NCBI GenBank assembly: GCA_963631395.1
Contig: CAVGQN010000004.1
Span: 3,770 to 67,769 of the forward strand
Direction of reading: 5' to 3'
Length of the DNA: 64,000 nt
Source of the DNA: a bacterium
GTDB taxonomy: Bacteria; Bacteroidota; Bacteroidia; Bacteroidales; UBA3663
Position 1 is the first letter of the stretch; every line of letters starts with the position of its first letter. Positions 39,736 through 51,000 of this stretch are shown piece after piece. The translations under genes and the position numbers were made by a program. The notes under the pieces were generated by a model, which was not told where the DNA came from, made no database searches, and saw only the letters and a program-made list of their open reading frames with translations.

Positions 39736-42700
39736 AGAAGTCTTTGAACTTGGCGTCGTACTCCTTGAAGATATCTTCCCTGCCGCAGCGCTTGGCTATG
39801 TTCATTGCATCGCGCATGGTGAGCAGTTGTTCCCTGATCTGGTTGCTCGTCTTCACCATGTGCCGGCTGTCGAGACCGAGCGCCCAAGCCAGGTACTCCT
39901 CGTTGCTTGCCAGTACGGTCTGCACGATGCGGTCACCCTCTTCGGGCTTGCCGCATACGTAGTACGACTGGGCGAGAGTCAACGACGTGTACTCGTAAGG
40001 TACGGCCGTGGCGGGGATGGTCTTGTCGCAGTATTTGGTTGCAGCAAGTGCACGCTCGTAGTCGCCTGTGGCGAGCAGTTGCTCGATCATCGTGCAGAAC
40101 ATCATACGCTGGGTGCGGCACATGCGGCGGTTGTTCTCGTCGAGGTAGATGGTCGTATCCTGAATGTTGCCCCACACGAACTTGTTCATCAGGTTGTCAT
40201 AGCTCTTGTCCAGGTCTGGTGTCGAGGTACCTCCGTTAGCCAATGGGACAATCTGATAGGCGAGACCTACCAGGCGGAAGTACTTGTCGAGACCCATATA
40301 CATGTCACGGCCCACGGTCGTGGCGAAGTAGATAGGACGCTTCCAGCCGGTGCGGCTGATTTCGTCTATCATGGCCAGGACGGCTATCTCGTTCTTGGTG
40401 ACATAGTTCTTCTTCGACAAGTCGATGGTCATGTGAGTGATGAGCTCGGACGTATCCTTGACGTTGATGCATGGTGAGGCGAGCACCTCGTCGGGGTTGA
40501 TGTCGATGCCGAACTTCTTGGCAGGCAGGAAGTCGAGGCGGCCGTAGTTGGGCAGGCTCTTGTACTTCGGGTCGTCGCTGTAGAGGAAGTTCATGGAGGC
40601 GTGCAGCGGCTGCTCTCCGTCCATCAGCGGTATGAGGTGTGCGAAGTTGAGGTTATCGTGCGCATACTGGTCGCGCCGCAGGGCGATGGGCAGCGGTTCG
40701 CTGTCGTAGGCCTGGCTCTTCATCTGGTCGATGTACCAGTCGGTCTGCAGATAGGAGAGGTTGCAGACGCGCACATCAGTGCGGTAGCCTTCAACCTCCT
40801 GAGCATACCAGAGGGGGAAGGTGTCGTTGTCGCCGTTGGTGAAGATGATGGCATTGGGTTCGAGCGACGAGAGGTAGTTGCGGCCGAAGTCGCGTGCCGT
40901 GTAGCGGTTCGAACGGTCGTGGTCGTCCCACGTCTGGCTCACCATCTGTATGGGGATAAGTAGGCAGACCACACCGGCCAGGATGCTGGCTGTGGCGCGG
41001 TGACCCTTGAGCAAGCGCTGCAACAGGGCTGACACACCGGCCACGCCCATGCCGATCCAGATGGCAAAGGCATAGAACGAACCTGCATAGGCGTAGTCTC
41101 GTTCGCGTGGCTGATAGGGTGTCTGGTTCAGGTAGATGACGATGGCCAGGCCTGTCATGAAGAAGAGGAAGAAGACGACCCAGAAGCCCTGTATACCCTC
41201 GCGTCCGGCCATGGCCTGATAGATGAGACCGATGAGACCGAGCAGCAGCGGAAGCATATAGAAGACATTGTGGCCCTTGTTGTTGGCAATGCACTCGGGC
41301 AGAGAACTCTGGTCGGGCACGTCAAACAGCAGTTTGTCCAGCACGGGAATGCCGCAGATGGCACGTCCGCGGTCAATCTCGCCGTAGCTCTGCTCATCGC
41401 TCTCGCGTCCGGAGAAGTTCCACATGAAGTACCTCCAGTACATGAAGTTGACCTGGTAGTTGATAAAGTAGGTGATGTTGTCGGCAAAGGTAGGCACGCC
41501 CTTCAGGCTCTTGCCGTCGACGCCTACCACATTGTGGCCGGGGTCTTTGTCGTCCCAGTTGCACCACTGCTTGTAGCCCGAGATGTGGTTGGCCGAATTG
41601 CTGTACATGCGGGGGAAGAGAGTGGTGTAGTTGTACTTGTAGCTCTCCTTGTTGCCGACCTGCTCGTAGCGGTCGGGTTCGTTGGCGCTCATCTTGACCT
41701 TCTTGCCCCAGATGGGAGCGCCCTTCTCGACGATGGCCTGTCCGTTCTTGTCGCGCAGTATGCTCGAGGCAAACGTCTGGCCGCGGAAGAGCGGCGACTC
41801 ACCGTATTGCTCGCGGTTGAGGTATTTGGTGAAGGCAAAGATTTCGTCAGGCGCGTTCTGGTTCATGGGCAACTGAGCCGACGAGCGGACGATAATCTGC
41901 GCGAAGGTCGAGTAGCCAATCAAGATGGTGAGCAGGCAGAGCAGCACATTGCTGGCCAAACGGGCGTTGATGCGCTCGCCAAGGTAGAAGACCACGATGG
42001 CTAGGACAACGCTGATGCCGATGCCCAGCAGCCAGCCGTCGCCAACGAAGGGCGCGCCGCTCAGCACGCAACCGGCCACCAGCATGGCCTGCTGCACGCG
42101 TGGGGACGTCGATGGCCTGTACATGAGGGCGATGCCAGCCACCAGGAAGGCCAGGATAAAGAAGAAATAGAAGCCTGTGCCCGTATTGAAGCTGAAGCCC
42201 AGCGTGTTGACAAACAGGAGCTCGGTGGCGCTGGCCAGTTTGACCAGTCCCGGTATCATGCCGTAGAGGATGAAGAACACCATCAGCACAGAGATCAGGA
42301 GGGCAGCCAGCGAACCTTTGAGCGTGGCGTTGGGGTGCTTCTTGAAGTAGTAGACGAGCACGATGGCGGGCAGCGTCAGAAGGTTCAGCAGGTGCACGCC
42401 TATCGAGAGGCCGATGAAGTAGGCCAGCAGGATGATGTAGCGGTCACCGTCCACGCCGCGCGACTGGCCTTCCCACTTGAGGATGAGCCAGAAGACGAGG
42501 GCCGTCATGAAGCTTGAGAAGGCATATACCTCGCCTTCCACAGCCGAAAACCAGAAGGTGTCGGACCACGTGTAGGCCAAAGCGCCTACCAGGCCTGCGC
42601 CCAGCACGGTGGCTATCTGGCTGCCGGACATCTCCTCGTGGGGAGTGCCGTAGAAGGCGTTACCCCTGCACACGAACTTGCGCGTCAGGGCTGTGATGGT

Positions 42701-42988
42701 CCAGAACAGCAGCAGGATAGTGGCTGCCGAAAACATTGCACTCATGCGGTTGACCCATACGGCAGCCTGCATGACGTCGCCTCCCGCAAAGTTGACGAAG
42801 AACCGTCCGGTCAAGTTGAAGAAGGCGTTTCCGGGCGGGTGGCCTACTTCGCCCTTGTCGGCGCAGGTGATAAACTCCGGGCAATCCCAAAAGCTCGCTG
42901 TCGGCTCTACCGTACTGAGGTAGGTGTAGGCAGCGATTACGAATGCAACCCATCCGAAGATGTTGTTGAGCAATTTGTATTGCTTCAT
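39701..42988 (-). CDS. DUF2723-domain membrane protein (GT-C-like putative glycosyltransferase with C-terminal TPR-like region)
   Basis: MKQYKLLNNIFGWVAFVIAAYTYLSTVEPTASFWDCPEFITCADKGEVGHPPGNAFF is the DUF2723 N-terminal signature. There are many transmembrane helices. Confidence 0.85.
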   Translation of the reverse strand: MKQYKLLNNIFGWVAFVIAAYTYLSTVEPTASFWDCPEFITCADKGEVGHPPGNAFFNLTGRFFVNFAGGDVMQAAVWVNRMSAMFSAATILLLFWTITALTRKFVCRGNAFYGTPHEEMSGSQIATVLGAGLVGALAYTWSDTFWFSAVEGEVYAFSSFMTALVFWLILKWEGQSRGVDGDRYIILLAYFIGLSIGVHLLNLLTLPAIVLVYYFKKHPNATLKGSLAALLISVLMVFFILYGMIPGLVKLASATELLFVNTLGFSFNTGTGFYFFFILAFLVAGIALMYRPSTSPRVQQAMLVAGCVLSGAPFVGDGWLLGIGISVVLAIVVFYLGERINARLASNVLLCLLTILIGYSTFAQIIVRSSAQLPMNQNAPDEIFAFTKYLNREQYGESPLFRGQTFASSILRDKNGQAIVEKGAPIWGKKVKMSANEPDRYEQVGNKESYKYNYTTLFPRMYSNSANHISGYKQWCNWDDKDPGHNVVGVDGKSLKGVPTFADNITYFINYQVNFMYWRYFMWNFSGRESDEQSYGEIDRGRAICGIPVLDKLLFDVPDQSSLPECIANNKGHNVFYMLPLLLGLIGLIYQAMAGREGIQGFWVVFFLFFMTGLAIVIYLNQTPYQPRERDYAYAGSFYAFAIWIGMGVAGVSALLQRLLKGHRATASILAGVVCLLIPIQMVSQTWDDHDRSNRYTARDFGRNYLSSLEPNAIIFTNGDNDTFPLWYAQEVEGYRTDVRVCNLSYLQTDWYIDQMKSQAYDSEPLPIALRRDQYAHDNLNFAHLIPLMDGEQPLHASMNFLYSDDPKYKSLPNYGRLDFLPAKKFGIDINPDEVLASPCINVKDTSELITHMTIDLSKKNYVTKNEIAVLAMIDEISRTGWKRPIYFATTVGRDMYMGLDKYFRLVGLAYQIVPLANGGTSTPDLDKSYDNLMNKFVWGNIQDTTIYLDENNRRMCRTQRMMFCTMIEQLLATGDYERALAATKYCDKTIPATAVPYEYTSLTLAQSYYVCGKPEEGDRIVQTVLASNEEYLAWALGLDSRHMVKTSNQIREQLLTMRDAMNIAKRCGREDIFKEYDAKFKDFFEQAVTTYKLL

Positions 42989-43049
42989 GTCTCTCTTTTT
43001 AGTATTTTGTTTTGATTATATGCGAATGCGCTAAAGACATAGACGGGCG

Positions 43050-43057
43050 CAAATATA
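43050..43057 (-). promoter_or_regulatory. -7 promoter box for the DUF2723 gene
   Basis: Minus-strand TATATTTG, 61 nt upstream of start 42988. Confidence 0.45.
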
Positions 43058-43196
43058 GTCATTTTTTCGATATGCCGTTGCCGGTTACTTCCTTTTTAGT
43101 GTCTGCACCCTCCGATTTTACACATTTTAAATGAATAATCGGGTATTCTGATGTTATTTTCGTTTTTTCTCCCCGAGTCTTGGGCAAGACACAAGT

Positions 43197-43228
43197 GGCG
43201 GAAGATTGTTTGAAAGCAATCTTCCGCC
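43197..43228. terminator. hairpin downstream of the PUL operon
   Basis: GGCGGAAGATTG-tttgaaag-CAATCTTCCGCC: perfect 12-bp stem with no clear T-run. Confidence 0.5.
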
Positions 43229-43304
43229 CTTATAAAAAAGAGAATCTTCCGACAACTAAAAGATTCGACGGTTTTTAGCTTGATGGATTCTGACTTGTTA
43301 CTTT

Positions 43305-46300
43305 TTACTTTTGCAGTGTGATGCCCATCAGACCAATGACGACATCATTGGAAAGTGTGCGGACCGTAAGGCTTTTCAACTTCTTTTGAGGATTGAGCTT
43401 GAGGTCAAGCAATTGTGCCGCACCCCCTTCTATTTCACGACCATATACACCCCGGATGCCGAGTAGGTCGCCGAGACGACGACTCACCTTATCGCTCATC
43501 AAGTGAACGCGATAGGGCCGTTTGCCTTCTACGCGGAATGCGTATTCGTCTGTGTAATAATCCTGCTCTATGGGACACCAGTTGTCCGGATTGGTCAGTT
43601 CGAGGGTCTGCGTTGTGCCGTCGGTGTACTCTATGCGTATCAGTCCGTTGGCAATGTGACTTTGCATTTGGTTGGTTGTGCCGGCCATCATTAGGTAGGC
43701 ATGTGAGGCCTTTCCTTTTAGTGAAATGGTCAAACTGTCGGGATAGTTGTCCCATAGCGAGGTATAGGCAATGTTGCGACCCTTGGCTGGAGAGCGGAAG
43801 GGTATGGACGGGGCATCGTCCAGCCGAGCTGTGTAGACGCCCTTTCTGATGAGCGTACGATAGACAGAATCGTTGGTCTCCACATAGAAATGTGGGTGAC
43901 ACCATTCGCCATAGCCGTTCTTGGGGATGCGAAGCGACGTGTACGGAGAGGCTGGCGAGAGGTACTCGTTTTTGAAGATATCAGTCACTTCCGAATTGAA
44001 TGCTTGGTCAATATTTATAGGTTTACACCTGTCCGTAACTATATTGTCAAAGTCTGTCGCGATATATTTGGCTGATATTTTTGTCCGGCCATAACTGTCA
44101 TCCACATCGGTGGACTTGGCGGCACAGTTAAGCACTATATGTTGCACACTGTCGGCGGTGAATGAGGTTTCGCGGTAGCGCCCATTACCTGTGTTTTGAC
44201 GAATGACTACCTGCAACTGCTGCGGAAACCGTTGCTTGATATCATAGATTTCCTTGCCTTCCTTTCGGTGGAAGGAGAAGTCGATGTACGATGTGTGTAC
44301 CGAAGCACTATCCCAATCGGAGGGGAATCCCGGTCGGATGTAGAGTTTGCCGTTTAGGGCATCCGGAGAGATTCCGTAGAGGCCCAGTATGGTCGTTTTG
44401 GCAGTAATGCCCACGTTGTCCGAAAAGTCCCGGTATATTTCCCCGCGCGCTGCATCGTAATGGCTTATTTGTCCGATGTTGCCAGGCGACTGTCCCAGGT
44501 ACATTTCGTCTAGCAGTACGCCCTTCATGATTCTGAAGGCTTCGTCAGTTCGTCCGGCATGAAAGTAGGCCAGGGCGGTGTGCATCACTTCGGCATGTGC
44601 AACATTGTTGGTGCTCCATACATATGGTAACCAGTTGGTGGTGCTCAATGTGTAGTAGTCACTTTGTTCGTTATCGATGAGAATCGGGATATGAGGAATG
44701 TTCTCATCCACATAACGGGTGGCACGGTAGGCCTGTTCTGGAGAACACGCGTAGCAGTCGATAGGAGTATAGACTGTCCATAGTGCCGCACTCTTGTGCA
44801 GCCTTTGCAGGCCCATCAGGTCTTTGTATTCAGCCCAGCAACCTTCCTCCTTCATCCATAGTTCGCGGTCCATGGCTGCAAGAATCTTTTTGGCTTCGGC
44901 CCGATAGGGAGCCGGGTCTTCTCCGATTATTTCGGCTATGCGTGCCGCTACCTTGTTGCAGCGGTAGTTGTAGGCTGACGAGTGCGTTACACCACCGCTA
45001 TTATAGTATAGACCATCGCTGGCCCAGATACAGCAATAGGCATCATAAAGACCATCTCCGTTAGGGTCGTAGTTCAGTTTCTCCCAGTCAATATGGCGTT
45101 TCAGTGTAGGCCACATCTTGCGCAGGTATTCGGGAGAGGAGTCGAACTGGAAATGCCACAGCAACTCGTCAATGTAGTTGAGGTTCATGTCATAGTGATG
45201 CATCACATCGTTGCGGTGCGGTACACGGCAGATATAGCCATTTGAATACATCGGCGTGCCCCATTCGTACACTCCGAACGCGTTGTTGTTTTTGGGGTCT
45301 TGTGCGGGGTGAGGTATGGTGCAAGGCACATCTGTTACTTGACTCTCGGCGTATGCATCGAAATGATGCTGCGCCTTGTCTGGCCACCCGAGGAAGTCGC
45401 CCATATAGGCGGCCCGCCAACCTGGGAGTTGCATGCGCCAGGTGACAGCTCCGTGCAGGAATGTGTCTTCGTCCCAAGCGCCATCACCAGCTGTAGCAAG
45501 CACGCCGCCCAGTGTGTTGATGTAAGGGTCGGGTGTGCAGAAGGTAACTTGACTTGCCAGTTGCCTGCGATAGGCTTCGGCCTTGTCATATTCCTGCTGA
45601 TAGGTGCGGTAGTCAGTTGTGTTGGCCGGAGTGGATGCAGATAGTTCCTGCTTGGCAATGGTCACATATGTGGTGTTGTTGGTGGCATCCAACACCAAGG
45701 CCTGGAGTTTTGATTTGGTAGGGGATGCCTCCAGCGAACCCGGTTCTTCGGCCCCCATATCGCCCCAACGCTTTAAATTTTGATTCTTTATCTCGCAGCA
45801 CTCGGCTTTGATGGTGACAACCGTCTGGAAGCCAGAAGTCGTGATTTTCCATATACCGCCTTGACGGTCAGGAAATGCCAGTACGCTCATCTCCACGATA
45901 CCTTGTCCCCAACTTCGGTCGGAGAGCAGGTAACTGCGGCGTCCTGCTGTGTAACGGGCTTCGCAGAGGTCGGTCTGTTCAAGACTTAATGTTTGTCCGT
46001 CCGTGGTCAGAGAGAAACTGATGTTGCGGCTGTCTTTGCTCTTATATGCCACAAATACAGGCCTATCGCTGGTTTCGATGCGATCTTCGTCGTGGCTGCC
46101 GTAGAGTGCGCGAGTGTAGCGGTTGTGGCCATTTATGCAGACGAAATCTTGACCATCAGGCCGGTACTGCCATTGACGTGGCTTCGCCCTACCGACAGAT
46201 TGTGTTGGCTGTGTCGCTTTCAGAAATTGGCTTAACTTTTGTTTGTCTTGTGCATCAGTGAGACTAAAGGACAAGCATAAGAAGAAAAAAGCCAAACTTA

Positions 46301-46388
46301 TATGATGTTTCCAGCCACTTGTCCTGCAAATCATGCCGTTTGTTTTACCAATCATTGTATGTCTATTGATTTTCATAATCGGGTGCAC
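43305..46388 (-). CDS. large secreted glycoside-hydrolase-like protein (DUF4450-like N-terminus plus six-hairpin-type domain), last gene of the PUL
   Basis: WQYRPDGQDFVCINGHNRYTRALYGSHDEDRIETSDRPVF (DUF4450-like) and ...MHTALAYFHAGRTDEAFRIMKGVLLD ((alpha/alpha)6-type). Signal peptide HHISLAFFFLCLSFSLTDAQ. The start could be any of four ATGs at 46388-46334. Confidence 0.65.
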   Translation of the reverse strand: MHPIMKINRHTMIGKTNGMICRTSGWKHHISLAFFFLCLSFSLTDAQDKQKLSQFLKATQPTQSVGRAKPRQWQYRPDGQDFVCINGHNRYTRALYGSHDEDRIETSDRPVFVAYKSKDSRNISFSLTTDGQTLSLEQTDLCEARYTAGRRSYLLSDRSWGQGIVEMSVLAFPDRQGGIWKITTSGFQTVVTIKAECCEIKNQNLKRWGDMGAEEPGSLEASPTKSKLQALVLDATNNTTYVTIAKQELSASTPANTTDYRTYQQEYDKAEAYRRQLASQVTFCTPDPYINTLGGVLATAGDGAWDEDTFLHGAVTWRMQLPGWRAAYMGDFLGWPDKAQHHFDAYAESQVTDVPCTIPHPAQDPKNNNAFGVYEWGTPMYSNGYICRVPHRNDVMHHYDMNLNYIDELLWHFQFDSSPEYLRKMWPTLKRHIDWEKLNYDPNGDGLYDAYCCIWASDGLYYNSGGVTHSSAYNYRCNKVAARIAEIIGEDPAPYRAEAKKILAAMDRELWMKEEGCWAEYKDLMGLQRLHKSAALWTVYTPIDCYACSPEQAYRATRYVDENIPHIPILIDNEQSDYYTLSTTNWLPYVWSTNNVAHAEVMHTALAYFHAGRTDEAFRIMKGVLLDEMYLGQSPGNIGQISHYDAARGEIYRDFSDNVGITAKTTILGLYGISPDALNGKLYIRPGFPSDWDSASVHTSYIDFSFHRKEGKEIYDIKQRFPQQLQVVIRQNTGNGRYRETSFTADSVQHIVLNCAAKSTDVDDSYGRTKISAKYIATDFDNIVTDRCKPINIDQAFNSEVTDIFKNEYLSPASPYTSLRIPKNGYGEWCHPHFYVETNDSVYRTLIRKGVYTARLDDAPSIPFRSPAKGRNIAYTSLWDNYPDSLTISLKGKASHAYLMMAGTTNQMQSHIANGLIRIEYTDGTTQTLELTNPDNWCPIEQDYYTDEYAFRVEGKRPYRVHLMSDKVSRRLGDLLGIRGVYGREIEGGAAQLLDLKLNPQKKLKSLTVRTLSNDVVIGLMGITLQK

Positions 46389-46393
46389 GATAT

Positions 46394-48007
46394 TTATTGA
46401 GGATTTTGAGTGTAAAGCCCTTTTCGTACCTCTATCTGTTTCAGCGGAATTGGGTATAGATAACTCTCCTTTGTGACGCGCGAAGCTAGTGCGGTGTATG
46501 ACTTGTCAGAGGTGTTGTCGTCGTTGATGAACATTTGTTGTAATGTCTCTACATATTCGTTGCGGCGTACAAGATCGTGCCAGCGCACACCTTCGCCGGC
46601 CAGTTCATAGCGGCGTTCGTTGGCAACGGCTTCTTGAAACTCTTCTGCAGAAATGTCTGTGGGCAGGGCTTCTAATCCCGCGCGGCAACGGATTTTGTTC
46701 ACTAATCGTAGACCATCGGAGGTCGGTCCGACTATCTCGGCATACATCAGCATTACATCCTCCAAACGAATCAACGGGTAGTTTTGTGGCCAGCAGGTGC
46801 GGTCTACGAGACTTAGGGAGGCTAGCCCGAATTTGGCGCGTTTGAGGTTGTTCTCGAAGAACTTCACGTAGATGAGGTCACTGCCTGTCGAAAGAGTACC
46901 GTCATCAGACTCTACGGCAGCATCGCTGATAGTGCCAGGCCCGCGCCGGTCTATGACATTGCCCACAGAATCCTTCTCCTGATAGTGTTCGCGTAGCGAT
47001 TTCTCACAGTAGATATGTACGCTGCCTACCATCCATTTGGGGTTGCACCATGTGGAATACTTTGGCGAGGTTGATGACACTGGTGTATAGGGATTGCCTT
47101 GATTGACAGCATTGACATACTGAATCTCAAAGATAAAGTACTTGTTGTCGTTGTCGCTCAGCCACATCTTTTCCCATTCGGTGCTTGTAGAGGCCCAATA
47201 CTTTCCCGTCCGTTCGGCATAGTCAATGACGGCTTTCAGTTGCTCGGCAGCCAGTGTCGACTTGTCAGTCTGATAGAGCGGGAACCCGGCCATAGTCAGA
47301 TAGACGCGACCCAGCAAGGCCTGCGCTGCACTCTTGGTAGCACGTTCGCTGTGAGTTACACCTTGGTCGTCCGTTGGGGCTGTCTGCGATAGGTGGTCGA
47401 CGGCATAGAGCAGATCCGGCACAATTATGTCTTGGTAGACGTCTATAGCTTCGCTTTGTCCGAGGGAGAAAGCCTCTTCGGTGGTAAGGCTGTGTGTCGG
47501 AGCCGGTACGCGGCCAAAGTAGCGTATAAGGTCAAAGTATGCCAGCGCCCGCAGGAAACGAGCTTCGGCCATATACTCTACTTGCAGATCTGTGTTGTTG
47601 AGTTTATGGTTGTCCAGTTCGTCGAGTAGCTTGTTGGCAGCGGCTACAATTTTGAAGTAGTCGGACCAACAGTTGTAAACAGTCAAATCGTTGACGAGAC
47701 CATCGGAATTGAACAGGGCAATGTCTACCTGGTCGTTTTGCTTGGTGTCGTTGGTAATCCACATGTTGTCCGACCGCTGTTCGCTCATCTGCAGCGAGTA
47801 GAGAGCTATGGGCTTTAGACAAGCATAAACACCCGTTAAGGCTTGGTCCATCTGTGCCGCCGTTTGGTAGAAGTTCTCGGTGGATATCTGAGACTTCGGA
47901 GTGGTCTCCAAATAATCCTCACACGACGTAGATATTGCGCTAAAAGACAAACAACCAATGATATATAATCTACATATCAGTTGCTTTCGGCTTATGTTGC
48001 TAATCAT
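46394..48007 (-). CDS. RagB/SusD-family nutrient-binding outer-membrane lipoprotein
   Basis: Lipoprotein signal ...IIGCLSFSAISTSCEDYLET. SusD-type TPR-like motifs (RFLRALAYFDLIRYFGRVP, RYELAGEGVRWHDLVR). Immediately downstream of SusC. Confidence 0.9.
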   Translation of the reverse strand: MISNISRKQLICRLYIIGCLSFSAISTSCEDYLETTPKSQISTENFYQTAAQMDQALTGVYACLKPIALYSLQMSEQRSDNMWITNDTKQNDQVDIALFNSDGLVNDLTVYNCWSDYFKIVAAANKLLDELDNHKLNNTDLQVEYMAEARFLRALAYFDLIRYFGRVPAPTHSLTTEEAFSLGQSEAIDVYQDIIVPDLLYAVDHLSQTAPTDDQGVTHSERATKSAAQALLGRVYLTMAGFPLYQTDKSTLAAEQLKAVIDYAERTGKYWASTSTEWEKMWLSDNDNKYFIFEIQYVNAVNQGNPYTPVSSTSPKYSTWCNPKWMVGSVHIYCEKSLREHYQEKDSVGNVIDRRGPGTISDAAVESDDGTLSTGSDLIYVKFFENNLKRAKFGLASLSLVDRTCWPQNYPLIRLEDVMLMYAEIVGPTSDGLRLVNKIRCRAGLEALPTDISAEEFQEAVANERRYELAGEGVRWHDLVRRNEYVETLQQMFINDDNTSDKSYTALASRVTKESYLYPIPLKQIEVRKGLYTQNPQ

Positions 48008-48044
48008 CGTTTTTATTATCAATATTACATTTAACAACTATGTA

Positions 48045-51000
48045 TTAAAACAAGAGGTTGATACCGACATTGTAGGTGCGTGCCAGCGGGTAAGCACCAT
48101 AGTCCCAACTGCTGACGAGTGAACTGGAATTGTTGGATTCCGGTGAGTAGCCGCCCTCGTACTTGTCCCACATATAGAGGTTTTCGATGCTGGCGTTGAT
48201 GCGTATCGAATTGAGAAAATCTTTTTTGCGGAGGGGTACGTTATAGCTCAAAGTGACATTCTTGATCTTGATGAAGTCTGAACTATAGAGCCAACGGGTG
48301 TCGTATTCCTCAGTCGTAGAGGTGTTGAAGATGCATGGAGTTTTGCCGTCACCCGGGTCATCTACAGAGAACCACATATTCTTGTATTTTTTCAGAACGT
48401 TGATAGAGGTGCCGAGGCCAGTGCGGTCGAAGGCACGTCCTAGGGCTCCGTATATCTTGCCTCCGGTCTGTGCTGTAACAAGCATTGAGAAACTCCAGTT
48501 TTTGTAGCGGAACGTGTTGGTCAGACCATAGGTGAAGTCAGGTGATGGATGACCGCAGTAGGTCCGGTCTTTGGTGTCTATCACGCCATCATCGTTGATG
48601 TCCTTATAGCGGACACTGCCAAGAGTCGAGGTCGTTTGCCTCGGATAGTTGTCTAGATCCTCCTGTGACTGATAGACGCCGACGGCCTTGTATAAGTAGA
48701 ACTCTCCGATGCTCTTCCCAGCCTCAATGATTTGGGTGGAGTTTTCCCATCCGCATGGGATGCTGCTGTTTTCGCCCAAGTCTTTTACTTCAGAAGCCGA
48801 GTAGGCGATGTTCAGTGTTGTTGTCCACTTTAGACGGCCGGTCAGATTGTCGGACTTCAATTCCAGTTCCAGACCTTGGGTTTCAATATTGCCGATGTTG
48901 CTATAGGCAGTCGCAAAACCGATATCGCTTGGCATGCTGACATTGTAGAGCATGTCCTTAATGGTCTTGCGGTAGTAATCGAGAGACATGGAAATGCGGT
49001 TGTGCAGCAATCCGAGGTCGATGGCTATATCCCAGGAGTTGGTCTTCTGCCACGTCAAGTCCGGATTCTCCAGCGAGGAGGGTAGGTAACCCGTTGTGAT
49101 GGTGCCATTGGTGGAGTAGTTGGCTGTGGTCATGAGACCATTGGCCGAACTGATAGGCAGTGAACGGCTGCCGTTAGATCCATAGCTGACACGCAGTTTG
49201 GCATCGGACAATATTCCGTCTTTTGACCAAAACGCCTCGTTCGACATGTGCCACGCTGCAGAGAAGGCAGGAAACGTGCCCCAGCGGTTGTTGCTTCCGA
49301 ACCGCGAACTGCCGTCTCGGCGAAGACTTGCGTTGAGCAGGTAGCGGTCTCCGTAGTTGTAGATAACTCGGCCAAAATAACTGACCAGACGGTCATCGGT
49401 GACATATGTCGCCTTAGCCACAGTCATATCTTCGTTGGTCATATCAAAGCCCTCAACGGCATTGTTGGGATAGTGTGTGGCTGACATGGAGTAGCTGTCG
49501 CTATTAGAGGTGTTTTCTAGAGACCAACCTGCCACAGCGTTCACGTTATGTTTGCCCCAAGTGTGGTTGTAATTGACTTGAGCTTGTGCCATCAGCTTGT
49601 GCGATGAGTTGCCCGTCCACTGACCAAGAGATAGATAGCCTTCTTGGTATTTTGACCAGTTGGAGTCGACATTGCTCGGAATGAACCGGCGCGTCTTGTA
49701 GTGGTAGTAGTTCCACGCGCCTAGTACTTGGGCTGTCAAGCCCTTTAGAATGTAAAACTTAAGATATGTAGACGAATAGGACGTTATTTTTTCGCGTCTG
49801 TTGTTTTCTCCGTTCATGCGGGCAATGGGCGAAACCCCTCCCGTGGCCCAGTAGTAGCGCTCGTACGGGTCGGAGTTGGTATTCACGCCGGCATCGCCTT
49901 CGGCCACAGGGGTCTGAGTCAATGCAGTCATAGCCTGGCTGCCCTTGCCGTCGACGCCACCACCATCGGTCCATTCTACAGTGGGCGCAACCTTTAGTCC
50001 CATTGTCAGACGGTCTTTGATGCGACTCTCACCCGAGAATTGTGCCGTCAGTTTCTCGTAGCCAGTCTTGATGACAATGCCATCTTGTTTCGTATAGCCC
50101 ACAGAGAGTCGGTAGTTGCCTTGCTTCGAGCCATGCGAAGCCGAGAGGCTATAGTTCTGGTTGGGTGCTAAGCGGAATAGTTCGTCTTGCCAGTCAATGA
50201 GTGCCAGTCCACCATAGTCTGGCATACTCCAACGGGGGTCGTTGACAAAGCGGTGGTCCATACCGCCAATTATGCCAATGCGGGTGGCAAAATCGTCAGT
50301 GACTTTTGCCCCTTTGTTTGCGAAACGGGCAATGTACTGTGCGTTGTTGCATCTAGTGCGCCAGGCAATCCACTCGGTGGGACTCATGATGTCCATCTTG
50401 TGTTCGGCTTGTTGCAGGCCAAACGAGGCATTGAATCGCAATTGAGGTTTGCCTGAGTCATCACCCCGTTTAGAGGTAATGATTACTACGCCATTGGCTC
50501 CACGGCTGCCGTAGATGGCCGATGAGGAGGCGTCTTTCAGAACCTCGATGCTTTGTATGTCGTTGGCATTGAGCTGAGAGAGTTCGAACGTCTCGTCCAT
50601 AGGTACGCCGTCAACGACGTAAAGCGGAGCCGATGACGCGCTCTCGTTGATGCTTGTGGCTCCTCGCACTTTGATGTCGACACTGGCACCTGGCATACCC
50701 GTGGTGCTTCTGACCTCTACACCGGCCAGTTCGCCTTGTAGGGCAGAGGCGACATTGGCTACAGGTCTGCGCTCCAGGTCTTCCCCCTTTACACTCGAAA
50801 CGGAAGCTGTCACAGAGCCTTTCTTTACGGCGCCGTAACCGATGACCACCATCTCATCAAGCAAGTTGGCCTGTTCTGTTAACTTGATCTTTAGGGCACG
50901 GCCATCGCCTATGGGTAGGGTCTTTGTGGTGTAACCTACATACGTTACCGTCAGATTCTTTTCTGTGCGCGCAATGTTGAGCGAGAAATTGCCGTCAAAA